DNA of 64,000 bases from NCBI GenBank assembly GCA_965248695.1, contig CBDFKD010000002.1, forward strand, positions 3,232,001-3,296,000, written 5' to 3'. This DNA is from Acidobacteriota bacterium (GTDB taxonomy: Bacteria > Acidobacteriota > UBA890 > WLXD01). Positions 10,889 through 20,110 of this stretch are shown in pieces (positions within the stretch are counted from its first letter, which is position 1; the number at the start of each line of letters is the position of its first letter). The position numbers and the translations under genes are program-made. Below the pieces are notes generated by a model, which made no database searches, was not told where the DNA came from, and saw nothing but the letters and a program-made list of their open reading frames with translations.

Positions 10889-12154
10889 TTGCGCAGAAGC
10901 CTGTCCCTAGCGTTCGTCATCGTACTTGCTTCCGTCTCCAGCAGCCAGGGAGACAACTGGCCGCAGTGGCGTGGTCCGGGCCTCAATGGGATCAGCTCGG
11001 AAACCGGGCTGCCGACCACCTGGGATGCCGACACCAACATCACCTGGAAGCTCGATCTGCCGGCCTGGAGCGGCTCCACTCCCATCGTCTGGGATGACAC
11101 CGTCTTCCTGAGCGTCGGCGACGGCACCAACATCTCGCTGTGGGCGATCGACCGGGCGACCGGGCAGGAACGCTGGGTTCGCGTGCTGAGCGACAACGAC
11201 CACCGCGAGCGCAAGCAGAACATGTCGTCGCCGTCACCAGTCACTGACGGCACCCACGTCTGGGTGATGACCGGCACCGGCATCCTCAAAGCGTTCGACT
11301 TCGACGGCAACGAGCTCTGGCACCGCGACATCCCGGCCGACTACGGCAAGTTCGGGCTCAACTGGGGCTACGCCTCCTCGCCGTTGCTGTACGACGGGGC
11401 GCTCTTCGTCCAGGTGCTGCACGGCATGAAGACCGACGACACGCCGTATGTGCTGCGCATCGATACGGTGACCGGCGAGACCGTGTGGCGCGTCGAGCGG
11501 CCTACAGACGCCATTCGGGAGTCGCCAGATTCCTACGCCACACCGGCGCTGCTGCAGTACGACGGCGTCACAGAGATCGTGCTCACCGGCGGCGACGTGG
11601 TCACCGGGCATGATCCCGACACCGGCGAGGAGCTGTGGCGCTCCGACGGCCTCAACCCGGAGAACAACGGCGCCTACCGCATCGTTGCGTCGCCCGTCGT
11701 GATGGATAGTGTGATCTACGCGCCGACGCGCGAGCGACCGCTGCTGGCGCTGCGCGCCGGCGGCCGTGGCGACATCACCGACACCCATCGTCTGTGGTCG
11801 TTCAACGACGGACCCGACGTTCCCACGCCGGTAACCGACGGGCGCTACTTCTACAGCGTCAAGGACAACGGCGTCGTCTTCTGCCTCGATGCGAAGACCG
11901 GCGAGCGTGTCTACGGTCCGGTGCGGCTGCCTGTCGGCACGTACAGCGGCTCCCCCGTGCTGGCCGACGGCAAGATCTACATCACCAACGAGGACGGCCT
12001 TACCAGCGTCATCCGCTCCGGTCCGGAGTTCGAGCTGCTGGCCGCCAACGACCTCGGTGACTACACGTTGAGCTCACCGGCGATCTCGGACGGTCAGATC
12101 TTCATCCGCACCGCCAGTGGGCTCTACGCCATCGGCGACCGACGCGCGGACTGA
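10889..12154 (+). CDS. PQQ-like beta-propeller repeat protein, secreted
   Basis: Signal peptide, NWPQWRGP, repeated S.P/D..TG..W blades, SGSPVLADGKIY, SSPAISDGQIFIRT. Confidence 0.9.
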   Translation: MRRSLSLAFVIVLASVSSSQGDNWPQWRGPGLNGISSETGLPTTWDADTNITWKLDLPAWSGSTPIVWDDTVFLSVGDGTNISLWAIDRATGQERWVRVLSDNDHRERKQNMSSPSPVTDGTHVWVMTGTGILKAFDFDGNELWHRDIPADYGKFGLNWGYASSPLLYDGALFVQVLHGMKTDDTPYVLRIDTVTGETVWRVERPTDAIRESPDSYATPALLQYDGVTEIVLTGGDVVTGHDPDTGEELWRSDGLNPENNGAYRIVASPVVMDSVIYAPTRERPLLALRAGGRGDITDTHRLWSFNDGPDVPTPVTDGRYFYSVKDNGVVFCLDAKTGERVYGPVRLPVGTYSGSPVLADGKIYITNEDGLTSVIRSGPEFELLAANDLGDYTLSSPAISDGQIFIRTASGLYAIGDRRAD

Positions 12155-12170
12155 GATCGGACGTCGAGCG

Positions 12171-14906
12171 TCAGTAGCTGCGTAGGGCAGCTACCGGATC
12201 AACGCGTGCTACTCGCCAAGCGGGTAGCAGGTTAGCCATGCCCGCCGCCAGCAGCAGTGCTACAACAGCACTCGTGTAGGCGATCGCATCGGCAGCGCCG
12301 ATCCCGTAGAGCAGCGCGCCAAGCGCACGAGTCAAGACCAGGCTGATTCCCAACCCGATGGCGGCGCCGATGGCAACGGTGCGCATACCCTGGCGGAACA
12401 CCATGCGCACGACACGGGCCCGATCGGCCCCGACGGCGATACGAATGCCGATTTCGCGGGTACGGCGCGCCACCGCGAAAGCAACAACGCCGTAGACGCC
12501 GACCGCGGCCAGCAACGCCCCGAGGCCACCGAGCACCGCCAGCGCGACGGCGGCGAAGCGCACCGGAAACAAGCTCAACGACAAGTGCTGCTCGATGGTC
12601 TTGGCCTCCATGATGGCGACGTTGGGATCGAGCTCACGAACGATGCTTCGCATGGCGGTGAGCGTCGCCGCCGGCTCCGCGTCGGTGCGTGCCAGGATGG
12701 TGCCGAACATCGCGTTGGCCGCTTGTGCGTACGGTAGGTAGAGGTGTCCGGTCGGCGCCTCGCCCAGCGTCGAGACCTTGTGCGGTGCGTTGACGCCGAT
12801 CACGACGGCGAGCGGGCCATCTTCCGCGACCACCGACAGCCGCTTGCCGATCGGGTTCTCGCCCGGCCACAGCTGCTGCGCCAGCGCCTCGTTGACGATC
12901 ACTACACCGGGTGCATCCGCAACATCCTGGGCATCGAAACGGCGCCCAGAAAGCAACGAAATCTGCATCAGCCGGAAAAACTCCGGTGTGACGGCCGTTG
13001 CCATCACGTCCGGCGCCTCGTTGCCGTCCTCCAGCAACGCGCCCTCCAGATAGACGGTGCGGTCGATTATCATCGTCGACTCGAGCGGCAACCGTTCGGT
13101 GAACGCCACCCCCGTTACCCCCGGCACGGCCTCGATCCGCTCCAGGGCGCGAAGGTGGAAGTCACGCGACTCCTCGGCGGCATATCCCTGAAACACGAGT
13201 CCCAGGTTGATGCCGACGATGGATTCCGTGGCGATCCCGGGATCGATCGACTCGGCATTGACTAGGCTCCGCACTAGCAGCGCGGCGCCGACCAGCAACA
13301 CCAGCGTCACGGCTACCTGCACCATTACGAGTGCGCCACGCAGCCGGCTACCGCGAGGGCGGCCATCGCTCGAGGCCTCGTCGGCACGCAGCGCCTGACC
13401 GAGATCGGCACGGGTAGTGCGCAATGCCGGCACCAGTCCGAACAGCATGCCGGTGGCGATGGAGACCAACGCGGTAAACAGGATCACCCGTGGTGCCATG
13501 CCAATGCTGAAGTCGATCGGAATCAGCAGCGGTGGCTGCACCGCCAGGATGGCGCGCAGCGTCAGCGTCGCCACGAGAGTCGCGAACAGACCACCGAGTA
13601 CTGACAGCACAGCGCTCTCGGTCAGCAGCTGACGGATCAGGCGACCGCGCCCAGCTCCCAACGCCAGGCGAACGGCGATTTCCTGGCGCCGCACCGAAGC
13701 GCGCGCCAGCATCATGTTGGCGATATTGGCACAGGCAATCAGCAGCACCAGCCCGACGATCGCCATCAACACCCCGGCCGCCGGTCGCATCATACGATCG
13801 GCCGCCGGGTCGATCCGCACGTCGCTGGCCGGCATGACAGCAATCGTCTGGTCGGCGTTGGTTTCCGGGTATTCAGCCTCCAGGTTTGCGCCAATGGCGC
13901 GAACCTCGTCATCCGCCTGCTGCACCGTGGTCCCGGGCCGTAGGCGCCCGATCACCTGCGTGCCGTGCGATCCGCGGCGCTCGAGACGGCTGCCGGTCGC
14001 CGGCGGCACCAGAACGTCGGTGGCCCGCGCAGGCACCCAGAAGTTCGCCCGCAGCGGCGGCGTGCCGCCGTTGTATTGCTCGGGTACGACACCGATGAGC
14101 ACGAACGGCGTGCCCCCGAAGGTCAACGGGCGACCTATGGCGCCAAGATCGGCACCGAGACGACCGCGCCAGAACGCCTCGCTGACCATGACGGTCAGTG
14201 GCTCATCGGCGTTCTCGTCCTGCGGGGAGAAGCCGCGGCCGATCACTGGGGCGAGACCCAGGACCGCGAACAGGTTCGCCGACGCCGACTCACCGAAAAC
14301 GAACACGGCGTCGCCATCGTTGTTGAATGTGGTCATCTCGCTTCGATAGGCTGCCAGGCCATCGAACGCCGCCGCCTGATCGCGCACGTCGCGGTAGTCC
14401 GGGTAGGACATCTGCATGCCGCCGATGCCCTCCCGGTCGTCGTGTAGCCGGATCAGCGCCGCCGGGTCCTCGACCGCCAACGGCTTGAACAGCACCGCGT
14501 CAATGACGGCGAACACGGTGGCGTTGAAGCCGATGCCGAGCGCCAGCGAGGTCACCGCCACGAGGGTGAAGGCCGGGCTCTTCCACAACATGCGCACGGC
14601 GAAACGAATGTCGGTTACCAGATCGCTCATGAGACTGCCTGAAACGTGGGAAAGACCGCGACGCGGAAAGCGTCCGAGCGGATCGTCGGGGCCCGCCAGC
14701 TTGGCGGCACAGCCCTGGCGGACGAGATCGTCGACATCGCCGAAGCGCGATTCGGCATCGTGCCGCGCGGTGTCCGCAGACATACCGCTCGCAAGGTTGT
14801 CGGCGGCGCGCAGTTCGATGTGAGCCAGCATCTCGTCGCGCACCTCCCGCTCGACGCCCGCAGCGCTAGCGTGCGGCCGTCTCCAGCGCCTCCAGAAGGA
14901 GAGCAT
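12171..14906 (-). CDS. ADOP-family duplicated ABC permease (MacB/FtsX x2)
   Basis: N-terminal prefix (EM..HIE......G.S...AR..A..RFG), ALGIG.N..VF, LLIACAN.AN, RLALGAGR.RL.RQLLTES, R.REIGIR.A.GA, RVDP..ALR. Confidence 0.93.
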   Translation of the reverse strand: MLSFWRRWRRPHASAAGVEREVRDEMLAHIELRAADNLASGMSADTARHDAESRFGDVDDLVRQGCAAKLAGPDDPLGRFPRRGLSHVSGSLMSDLVTDIRFAVRMLWKSPAFTLVAVTSLALGIGFNATVFAVIDAVLFKPLAVEDPAALIRLHDDREGIGGMQMSYPDYRDVRDQAAAFDGLAAYRSEMTTFNNDGDAVFVFGESASANLFAVLGLAPVIGRGFSPQDENADEPLTVMVSEAFWRGRLGADLGAIGRPLTFGGTPFVLIGVVPEQYNGGTPPLRANFWVPARATDVLVPPATGSRLERRGSHGTQVIGRLRPGTTVQQADDEVRAIGANLEAEYPETNADQTIAVMPASDVRIDPAADRMMRPAAGVLMAIVGLVLLIACANIANMMLARASVRRQEIAVRLALGAGRGRLIRQLLTESAVLSVLGGLFATLVATLTLRAILAVQPPLLIPIDFSIGMAPRVILFTALVSIATGMLFGLVPALRTTRADLGQALRADEASSDGRPRGSRLRGALVMVQVAVTLVLLVGAALLVRSLVNAESIDPGIATESIVGINLGLVFQGYAAEESRDFHLRALERIEAVPGVTGVAFTERLPLESTMIIDRTVYLEGALLEDGNEAPDVMATAVTPEFFRLMQISLLSGRRFDAQDVADAPGVVIVNEALAQQLWPGENPIGKRLSVVAEDGPLAVVIGVNAPHKVSTLGEAPTGHLYLPYAQAANAMFGTILARTDAEPAATLTAMRSIVRELDPNVAIMEAKTIEQHLSLSLFPVRFAAVALAVLGGLGALLAAVGVYGVVAFAVARRTREIGIRIAVGADRARVVRMVFRQGMRTVAIGAAIGLGISLVLTRALGALLYGIGAADAIAYTSAVVALLLAAGMANLLPAWRVARVDPVAALRSY

Positions 14907-15239
14907 CTAGCCGGCCTCCAGGACCTTGCCGACCGCAGCGCTGAACTCATCCCAGGTGGCGCGCTCAGCAGCGAGCTGTTCACGTCCCTCCGGCGTCAGG
15001 CTGTAGAACTTGGCCCGGCGTCCCGTGTCGGTGGTGCCCCATTCCGACGCGATCCAGCCGCGCTTCTCCATGCGGTACAGGGCCGGATAGAGCGAGCCCT
15101 CCTCGACCGTAAGGGTCTCGTCGGTGGTCGACTGGATGGTTTTGGCGACGGCGTAGCCATGCAGTCGTCCGCTCTCGAGCGTTCGCAGCACCAGCAAGCC
15201 GAGGGTGCCGCGCAGCAGGTCGATCCCTTTCTTGCCCAT
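14907..15239 (-). CDS. PadR-family transcriptional regulator (acidobacterial type)
   Basis: LLRGTL.LLVL, HGYAVA, VEEGSLYPALYR.E..GWI..EWG, RRAKFY.LT..GR.QL; abuts the ADOP gene. Confidence 0.95.
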   Translation of the reverse strand: MGKKGIDLLRGTLGLLVLRTLESGRLHGYAVAKTIQSTTDETLTVEEGSLYPALYRMEKRGWIASEWGTTDTGRRAKFYSLTPEGREQLAAERATWDEFSAAVGKVLEAG

Positions 15240-15289
15240 TCGCTCTCCGTGACCGGCGACTTTCGGGTCGGCGGCGTCAGCGGGTTCCC

Positions 15290-15315
15290 TAGAAACTCTA
15301 CCCTTAGAATATCTA
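15290..15315. promoter_or_regulatory. Two tandem TAGA-N3-TCTA palindromes, probable PadR operators
   Basis: TAGAAACTCTA at 15290-15300 and TAGAATATCTA at 15305-15315, 50-75 bp upstream of padR. Confidence 0.65.
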
Positions 15316-15364
15316 TGTATTATATGGAGCGACCAGCCGGCCGCAAGTTGGCCCGTCTTTGTTC

Positions 15365-15655
15365 CTAGTGGCCTGTAACAGATGAATCGATAGTGCCGTG
15401 GTGGCGAAATGGGGTCGGATGCAAGGCGCTCCGACGAGTCGATGTTGGTGCATCTCCGAGGAGGAGCAACAGAGCAGGCGGCCCCATTTCGCCACTGTTG
15501 CTCTGGTTGGCCTGCGGACAGATAGGCAGTTGCGGGCGAACTCGGCGTTGCGACTCGTCGACGATGCGCCGCGGCATCGCCATCCTCCCCGCGCCTCGAT
15601 CTCGCCCGCAAATCCCATCTGCGGCGCTATCGATTCATCTGTTACAGGCCACTAG
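15365..15655. mobile_element. MITE-like non-autonomous element with nested inverted repeats
   Basis: Perfect 29 bp terminal inverted repeat CTAGTGGCCTGTAACAGATGAATCGATAG (15365-15393 / 15627-15655), CTAG at both ends, two internal stems, no credible ORF. Confidence 0.8.
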
Positions 15656-15694
15656 AGGCTCCGCCCGGTCCGTCACCGGACGGCGCCAGCTGGC

Positions 15695-16435
15695 TCAGTC
15701 GAACGGCGGCGGAACCGAGGTCAGACGCAGGTCCGACAGCCAGCTGCGAACCCGGGTGCCGGTGTTGTCGGTGTCCACAACGAACGCGATGCCGCCGATA
15801 CGCTCGGGCGGCTCGCTGAAGGCGCGCTCGTAGTCCGCCAGCAGATCGCGCTCCTCCACGCTCCACCGACCGACGAGATCGGCGCCGCTGCGGAGCACGA
15901 TGGTGGCCACCCGGCGGCGATAGGGGTTGGGAAAGCGCGTCCCCGGATCCAGATCGCGCGCCCACACGTAGGCGATGGCGCGTGTGTCGCGGTCCATCAC
16001 GTCGGTCCCGAACGCCACCATGATGCGGGCAGCGAAATCGTCGCCCTGGCGCGAGCGTTCGTCGACCCGGGTCTCGAGCCTGCTATCGACCCTCCACCGC
16101 CAGGACAGCCGGGCGCGGGTTGGACGGCGCAGGTCAAACCGCCGCCACAGCGCCGCCGCAGCGGCATTGCTGTCCGCCTGCAGCACCGATCGCATGTCGT
16201 CCAGCACGACGCTGAAGCTCGTACTGCTGGACGCCATACGCTGCTGCATCCAGTGAGCATCCCAGCCATCGCGCAGACCATCGAGAAGATCAATGCCGTC
16301 GCCCAATTCCTGAGCGGCGCCGGCCGAAGCGGTAGCGACGCAAACAGATAGAGCGAGCGTGAGGCACAACGCGCCAGCCTGCCCGAGCCGATCGCCCCGA
16401 GGCTGGCGCGCAAGATGTCCTGAAACCTGCCGCAT
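15695..16435 (-). CDS. DUF3047-like secreted protein
   Basis: LSWRWRV, DDFAARI.V.F, AIAYVW, W..EERDL.ADY..AF, DTDNTG motifs. Confidence 0.8.
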   Translation of the reverse strand: MRQVSGHLARQPRGDRLGQAGALCLTLALSVCVATASAGAAQELGDGIDLLDGLRDGWDAHWMQQRMASSSTSFSVVLDDMRSVLQADSNAAAAALWRRFDLRRPTRARLSWRWRVDSRLETRVDERSRQGDDFAARIMVAFGTDVMDRDTRAIAYVWARDLDPGTRFPNPYRRRVATIVLRSGADLVGRWSVEERDLLADYERAFSEPPERIGGIAFVVDTDNTGTRVRSWLSDLRLTSVPPPFD

Positions 16436-16504
16436 GCGAGCTCCCGAATTCAGAATCGATGGATCTACGAACGCGTGTGGCCTATACGATAGCGGGCACG
16501 CGCC

Positions 16505-17683
16505 ATGAGCTACCGACCTAGCCCGCAACAACCACATCTGCGCCGCCGGTTGCGTCGCCCGACGGCAATCGCCGCGTTGGCGTTCCTCGCGCTGGCAGCC
16601 GCGGCGTCGGCTGGCGCCCATAGCTTCGGTGTCACGCTCGTCACCCTGGTATTGCGCGACGACGCGACGTTCCAGGCAAGCATGCAGCTGGATCTCGACG
16701 CGCTAGCGCTCGGGGTAGCGCCCGACAGCGACGATGCGGAGCTGGTGGCGGTGCTGGCCGGAATGTCCGACGCCGAGCTGTCCGAACGCACCGATGCCCT
16801 GCGCCAGTTACTGCAGCGACGCGTCCGCGTCCTCTTCGACGGCGAACGAACGGACCTGCGGATCGAGTTCCCGGATCGTGCCGCTGGCCTGACGCGAGAC
16901 GCGACGCCGCCGACGTTCCTGGGCATACGGGCATGGCTCGCTGGCTCGGTGCCCGGTGGGGCGCACCAGGTGAGCTTCCGCGCCTCGCGCGCCTTCCTCC
17001 CGGTGCAGCTGACGGTTGTCGACGAGCGCACCGGCACGACGGTGCGAGAGCCGCTGGCGCGCGGCGACGAGAGCACGCCCTTCCCCCTTGACCCGAAGGC
17101 ACAGCCGGACACACCGGAGGGTTCGGTGGCCACCCTCCTGGACTACGTTCGGCTCGGCTTTCTGCACATCATCCCGGCCGGCGTCGACCACATGCTGTTC
17201 GTGCTCGGGCTATTCCTGCTCAGCTCTCGGCTACGTCCGTTGCTCCTGCAGGTATCGGCGTTCACCGTTGCCCACACGGTTACCCTCGCCCTTTCGGCGC
17301 TCGGGTTCATACAGCTGACGCCGGCGATCGTGGAACCACTCATCGCGCTGTCGATCGCCTACGTCGGAATCGAGAATGCGATCACCGACCAGCTGCGCGG
17401 CTGGCGCACCTTACTAGTGTTCGCCTTCGGCCTGTTGCACGGGCTGGGTTTCGCTGGCGTGCTGGGAAACATCGGCCTGCCGGCGGGCCAGGTGATGGTC
17501 GCTCTTATCGGGTTCAACATCGGCGTCGAGCTCGGTCAGCTTGCGATGATCGGCGCCGCCATCCTGATCCTCGGACGCTTCCGCACCCGGTCTTGGTATC
17601 GCCGGCGCATCGCCGTGCCAACCTCGCTCGCGATCGCTGCCACGGGGCTGTTCTGGTTCGTTACGCGAGCCCTGAGCGGCTGA
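16505..17683 (+). CDS. HupE/UreJ-family membrane protein with periplasmic N-domain
   Basis: Signal ending AGAH, LGFLHI...G.DH.LF, FTVAHTVTL, VEPLIALSI, FGLLHGLGFA, FNIGVELGQ. Confidence 0.9.
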   Translation: MSYRPSPQQPHLRRRLRRPTAIAALAFLALAAAASAGAHSFGVTLVTLVLRDDATFQASMQLDLDALALGVAPDSDDAELVAVLAGMSDAELSERTDALRQLLQRRVRVLFDGERTDLRIEFPDRAAGLTRDATPPTFLGIRAWLAGSVPGGAHQVSFRASRAFLPVQLTVVDERTGTTVREPLARGDESTPFPLDPKAQPDTPEGSVATLLDYVRLGFLHIIPAGVDHMLFVLGLFLLSSRLRPLLLQVSAFTVAHTVTLALSALGFIQLTPAIVEPLIALSIAYVGIENAITDQLRGWRTLLVFAFGLLHGLGFAGVLGNIGLPAGQVMVALIGFNIGVELGQLAMIGAAILILGRFRTRSWYRRRIAVPTSLAIAATGLFWFVTRALSG

Positions 17684-17851
17684 GCCGGCGATCAGGAGCG
17701 CAATCAACTACCAACGAGTCCGCTATCGGCGCGATACCTTGCACCCTCGGAGGCGGCAAACATACGATAATCCGCATGCCTGTCCGGTCAGCCCCGAGCG
17801 GCCGGAGCTCCACTTGCGCAGCTCGGCTACCTCTCCGTACCCGACCTCGAG

Positions 17852-20110
17852 ATGGCATCCATGCGAACGTCCCGACCCGGCAGCTGGTGTTCCCTACATT
17901 TGAGCGCCGTCGTGCTCCTGGCGGTGGTGTCGGCGGTTGTCGCCAATCCGTCTTCGGCAAGCGAGCCGCCGAACCGTGCGACCTTGGCCGCGGCCGACGA
18001 ATGGACCAGCTGGCGAGGCCCGAACCAGAACGGCGTATCTTCGGCCACCGGGCTGATCTCCGACTGGACGGTCGACGGCGACAACCAGATCTGGCGCTCC
18101 GAGCTCACTGGCCGTTCGACACCGGTGGTGTTCGACGGCCGCGTATGCGCCAACGGTCGCCGCGACGACACCATGGAGACCGTCGTCTGCTGGAGCGCCG
18201 AGTCCGGGGAGCTGCTGTGGCAGCGCGACTATCTGCTCTACAACACCACCGTGCCCTACAGCCGGGTTGGTTGGGGCAACGTCGCCGCCGACGCGGAGAC
18301 CGGCTACCTGTACGCCCATACGGTCGACGGACTGCTCACCTGCCTCGACCGCGACGGTGAGACCGTCTGGGAGATCCGACTCGGCGAGGATTTCGGCCGC
18401 GCATCAGGGTACGGCGGCCGCACCCACACGCCGGTGGTCGACGAGGACCGGGTGATCCTGACCATGATCGGCACCAGCTGGGGAGAGTTCGGTCCGCCGC
18501 GACATCGGTTCTACGCCTTCGACAAGCGCGACGGTCGGGTCGTCTGGATCTCCAACCCGAGCGAGGAGAACCCGAAGGACATGAACACGCAGGCCACACC
18601 GGTGATCGCCGAGATCGCCGGCCAGCGTCTGATGATCGGCGGCGGCGCCGACGGGTGGATCTACGCGCTCAAGGCCCGCACCGGTGAGCGTATTTGGAAG
18701 TTCCAGCTCAGCAAGCGTGGCATCAACACGGCGGTCGTCGTCGACGGCGATGTCGTATACGCCACCCACAGCGAGGAGAACCTCGAAGGCGGGCCGATGG
18801 GCCGCGTGGTGGCGATCGACGCGACCGGGAGCGGCGACGTCACTTCGACGCACGAGATGTGGCGCGCCGACGAGATCAGCGTCGGCTTCGCGTCTCCGCT
18901 GCTGCACGACAACGTCCTGTACTTGCTCGACAACTCGGCCAACCTGCTGGCGATGGATACTTCGACCGGCGAGGTGCTCTGGATCCACAACGTCGGCACG
19001 GTGGGCAAGAGCTCCCCTGTGTGGGCCGACGGCAAGATCTACGTCACCGAGGTCAACGGCAACTTCACCATCCTGGAGCCGGGCAGCGACGGAGCTGCCG
19101 TCCTGGACACCGACCGCGTCGAGATTCCCGAAGAGAACCGCCCAGCGGAGATCTACGGGTCGCCGGCGATCGCGTACGGTCGCATCTACTTCACTACCGA
19201 GAATGGTGTGTTTTGCCTCGGCGACCCGAGCCGGCAGTTCGCCGCCGCGCCCGGCGATAGCGTCGTCATGCCCGAGCTGGCACCAGACGGCGCCGTGCCC
19301 GCAGCGGTGGTGGTCGTACCTGCCGACCTTGTCGTCGGCAGCGGCCAGCAGGTCGCATTCGCGGCCCGGGTTTACGACGCCGAGGGCCGTTACATCGGCA
19401 CCCGCGCCGCCGACTGGTCGCTTCAAGGCCTCGAGGGACAGCTGAGCCCCGAAGGTGCTTTTGTTGCCGACCCCGCGGACGGCAACCAGGCCGGACACGT
19501 CGTCGGCAGCGTCGGAGAGCTCAGCGCCCGGGCGCGCGTGCGTGTCGCCGCGCCGCTTCCCTGGACGGAGGACTTCACCTCCGGACAGAAGCCACGGCAC
19601 TGGATCGGCGCCGGCCGCTACGCTACCGCCGAGCATGAGGGCGAGCCCGTCCTGCACAAGCCGCCCGCCGCCGTGGGTTTGAATCGGTCGGTTATCTATA
19701 CCGGGCCGGAGAGTACCTCTCGAGTCACGGTTCAGGTAGATCTTCTCGGCACCCGCCAGGGGCGACGGCGCCCCGACGGCGGCGTCGTCAACGGCGGATA
19801 CACGCTCGACCTCATGGGCAATCATCAGCGCATTCAGGTGCGCTCATGGGCATCCGAGCTACGCATGGCCCAGCAGGTCCCGTTCGAGTGGGACATGGAC
19901 ACCTGGTACACGGTCAAGCTACGCGTCGACCAGGCGGCCGACCGTGCCATCGTGCGTGGCAAAGTCTGGCCACGCGGCGAGAACGAGCCTCAGGCTTGGA
20001 CGATTTCCGCCGAGGATATGCAGCCGATTCGGCACGGCGCCCCGGGGATCTACGGTTACTCTCCGGTCGACCTCTACTTCGACAACTACAAAGTGACGGT
20101 GAACGAATGA
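17852..20110 (+). CDS. PQQ-like beta-propeller protein with C-terminal Ig-like and lectin-like domains
   Basis: EWTSWRGP, repeated blades, SSPVWADGKIY, GSPAIAYGRIY, followed by ~290 aa extension ending LYFDNYKV. Confidence 0.85.
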   Translation: MASMRTSRPGSWCSLHLSAVVLLAVVSAVVANPSSASEPPNRATLAAADEWTSWRGPNQNGVSSATGLISDWTVDGDNQIWRSELTGRSTPVVFDGRVCANGRRDDTMETVVCWSAESGELLWQRDYLLYNTTVPYSRVGWGNVAADAETGYLYAHTVDGLLTCLDRDGETVWEIRLGEDFGRASGYGGRTHTPVVDEDRVILTMIGTSWGEFGPPRHRFYAFDKRDGRVVWISNPSEENPKDMNTQATPVIAEIAGQRLMIGGGADGWIYALKARTGERIWKFQLSKRGINTAVVVDGDVVYATHSEENLEGGPMGRVVAIDATGSGDVTSTHEMWRADEISVGFASPLLHDNVLYLLDNSANLLAMDTSTGEVLWIHNVGTVGKSSPVWADGKIYVTEVNGNFTILEPGSDGAAVLDTDRVEIPEENRPAEIYGSPAIAYGRIYFTTENGVFCLGDPSRQFAAAPGDSVVMPELAPDGAVPAAVVVVPADLVVGSGQQVAFAARVYDAEGRYIGTRAADWSLQGLEGQLSPEGAFVADPADGNQAGHVVGSVGELSARARVRVAAPLPWTEDFTSGQKPRHWIGAGRYATAEHEGEPVLHKPPAAVGLNRSVIYTGPESTSRVTVQVDLLGTRQGRRRPDGGVVNGGYTLDLMGNHQRIQVRSWASELRMAQQVPFEWDMDTWYTVKLRVDQAADRAIVRGKVWPRGENEPQAWTISAEDMQPIRHGAPGIYGYSPVDLYFDNYKVTVNE

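Noticed and set aside
15365-15655. ORFs 15365..15583, 15398..15655 and the long N-terminal extension of the PadR ORF
   Set aside because: Artefacts of the inverted-repeat element; opposite-strand ORFs end in the same IDSSVTGH peptide read from the terminal repeats
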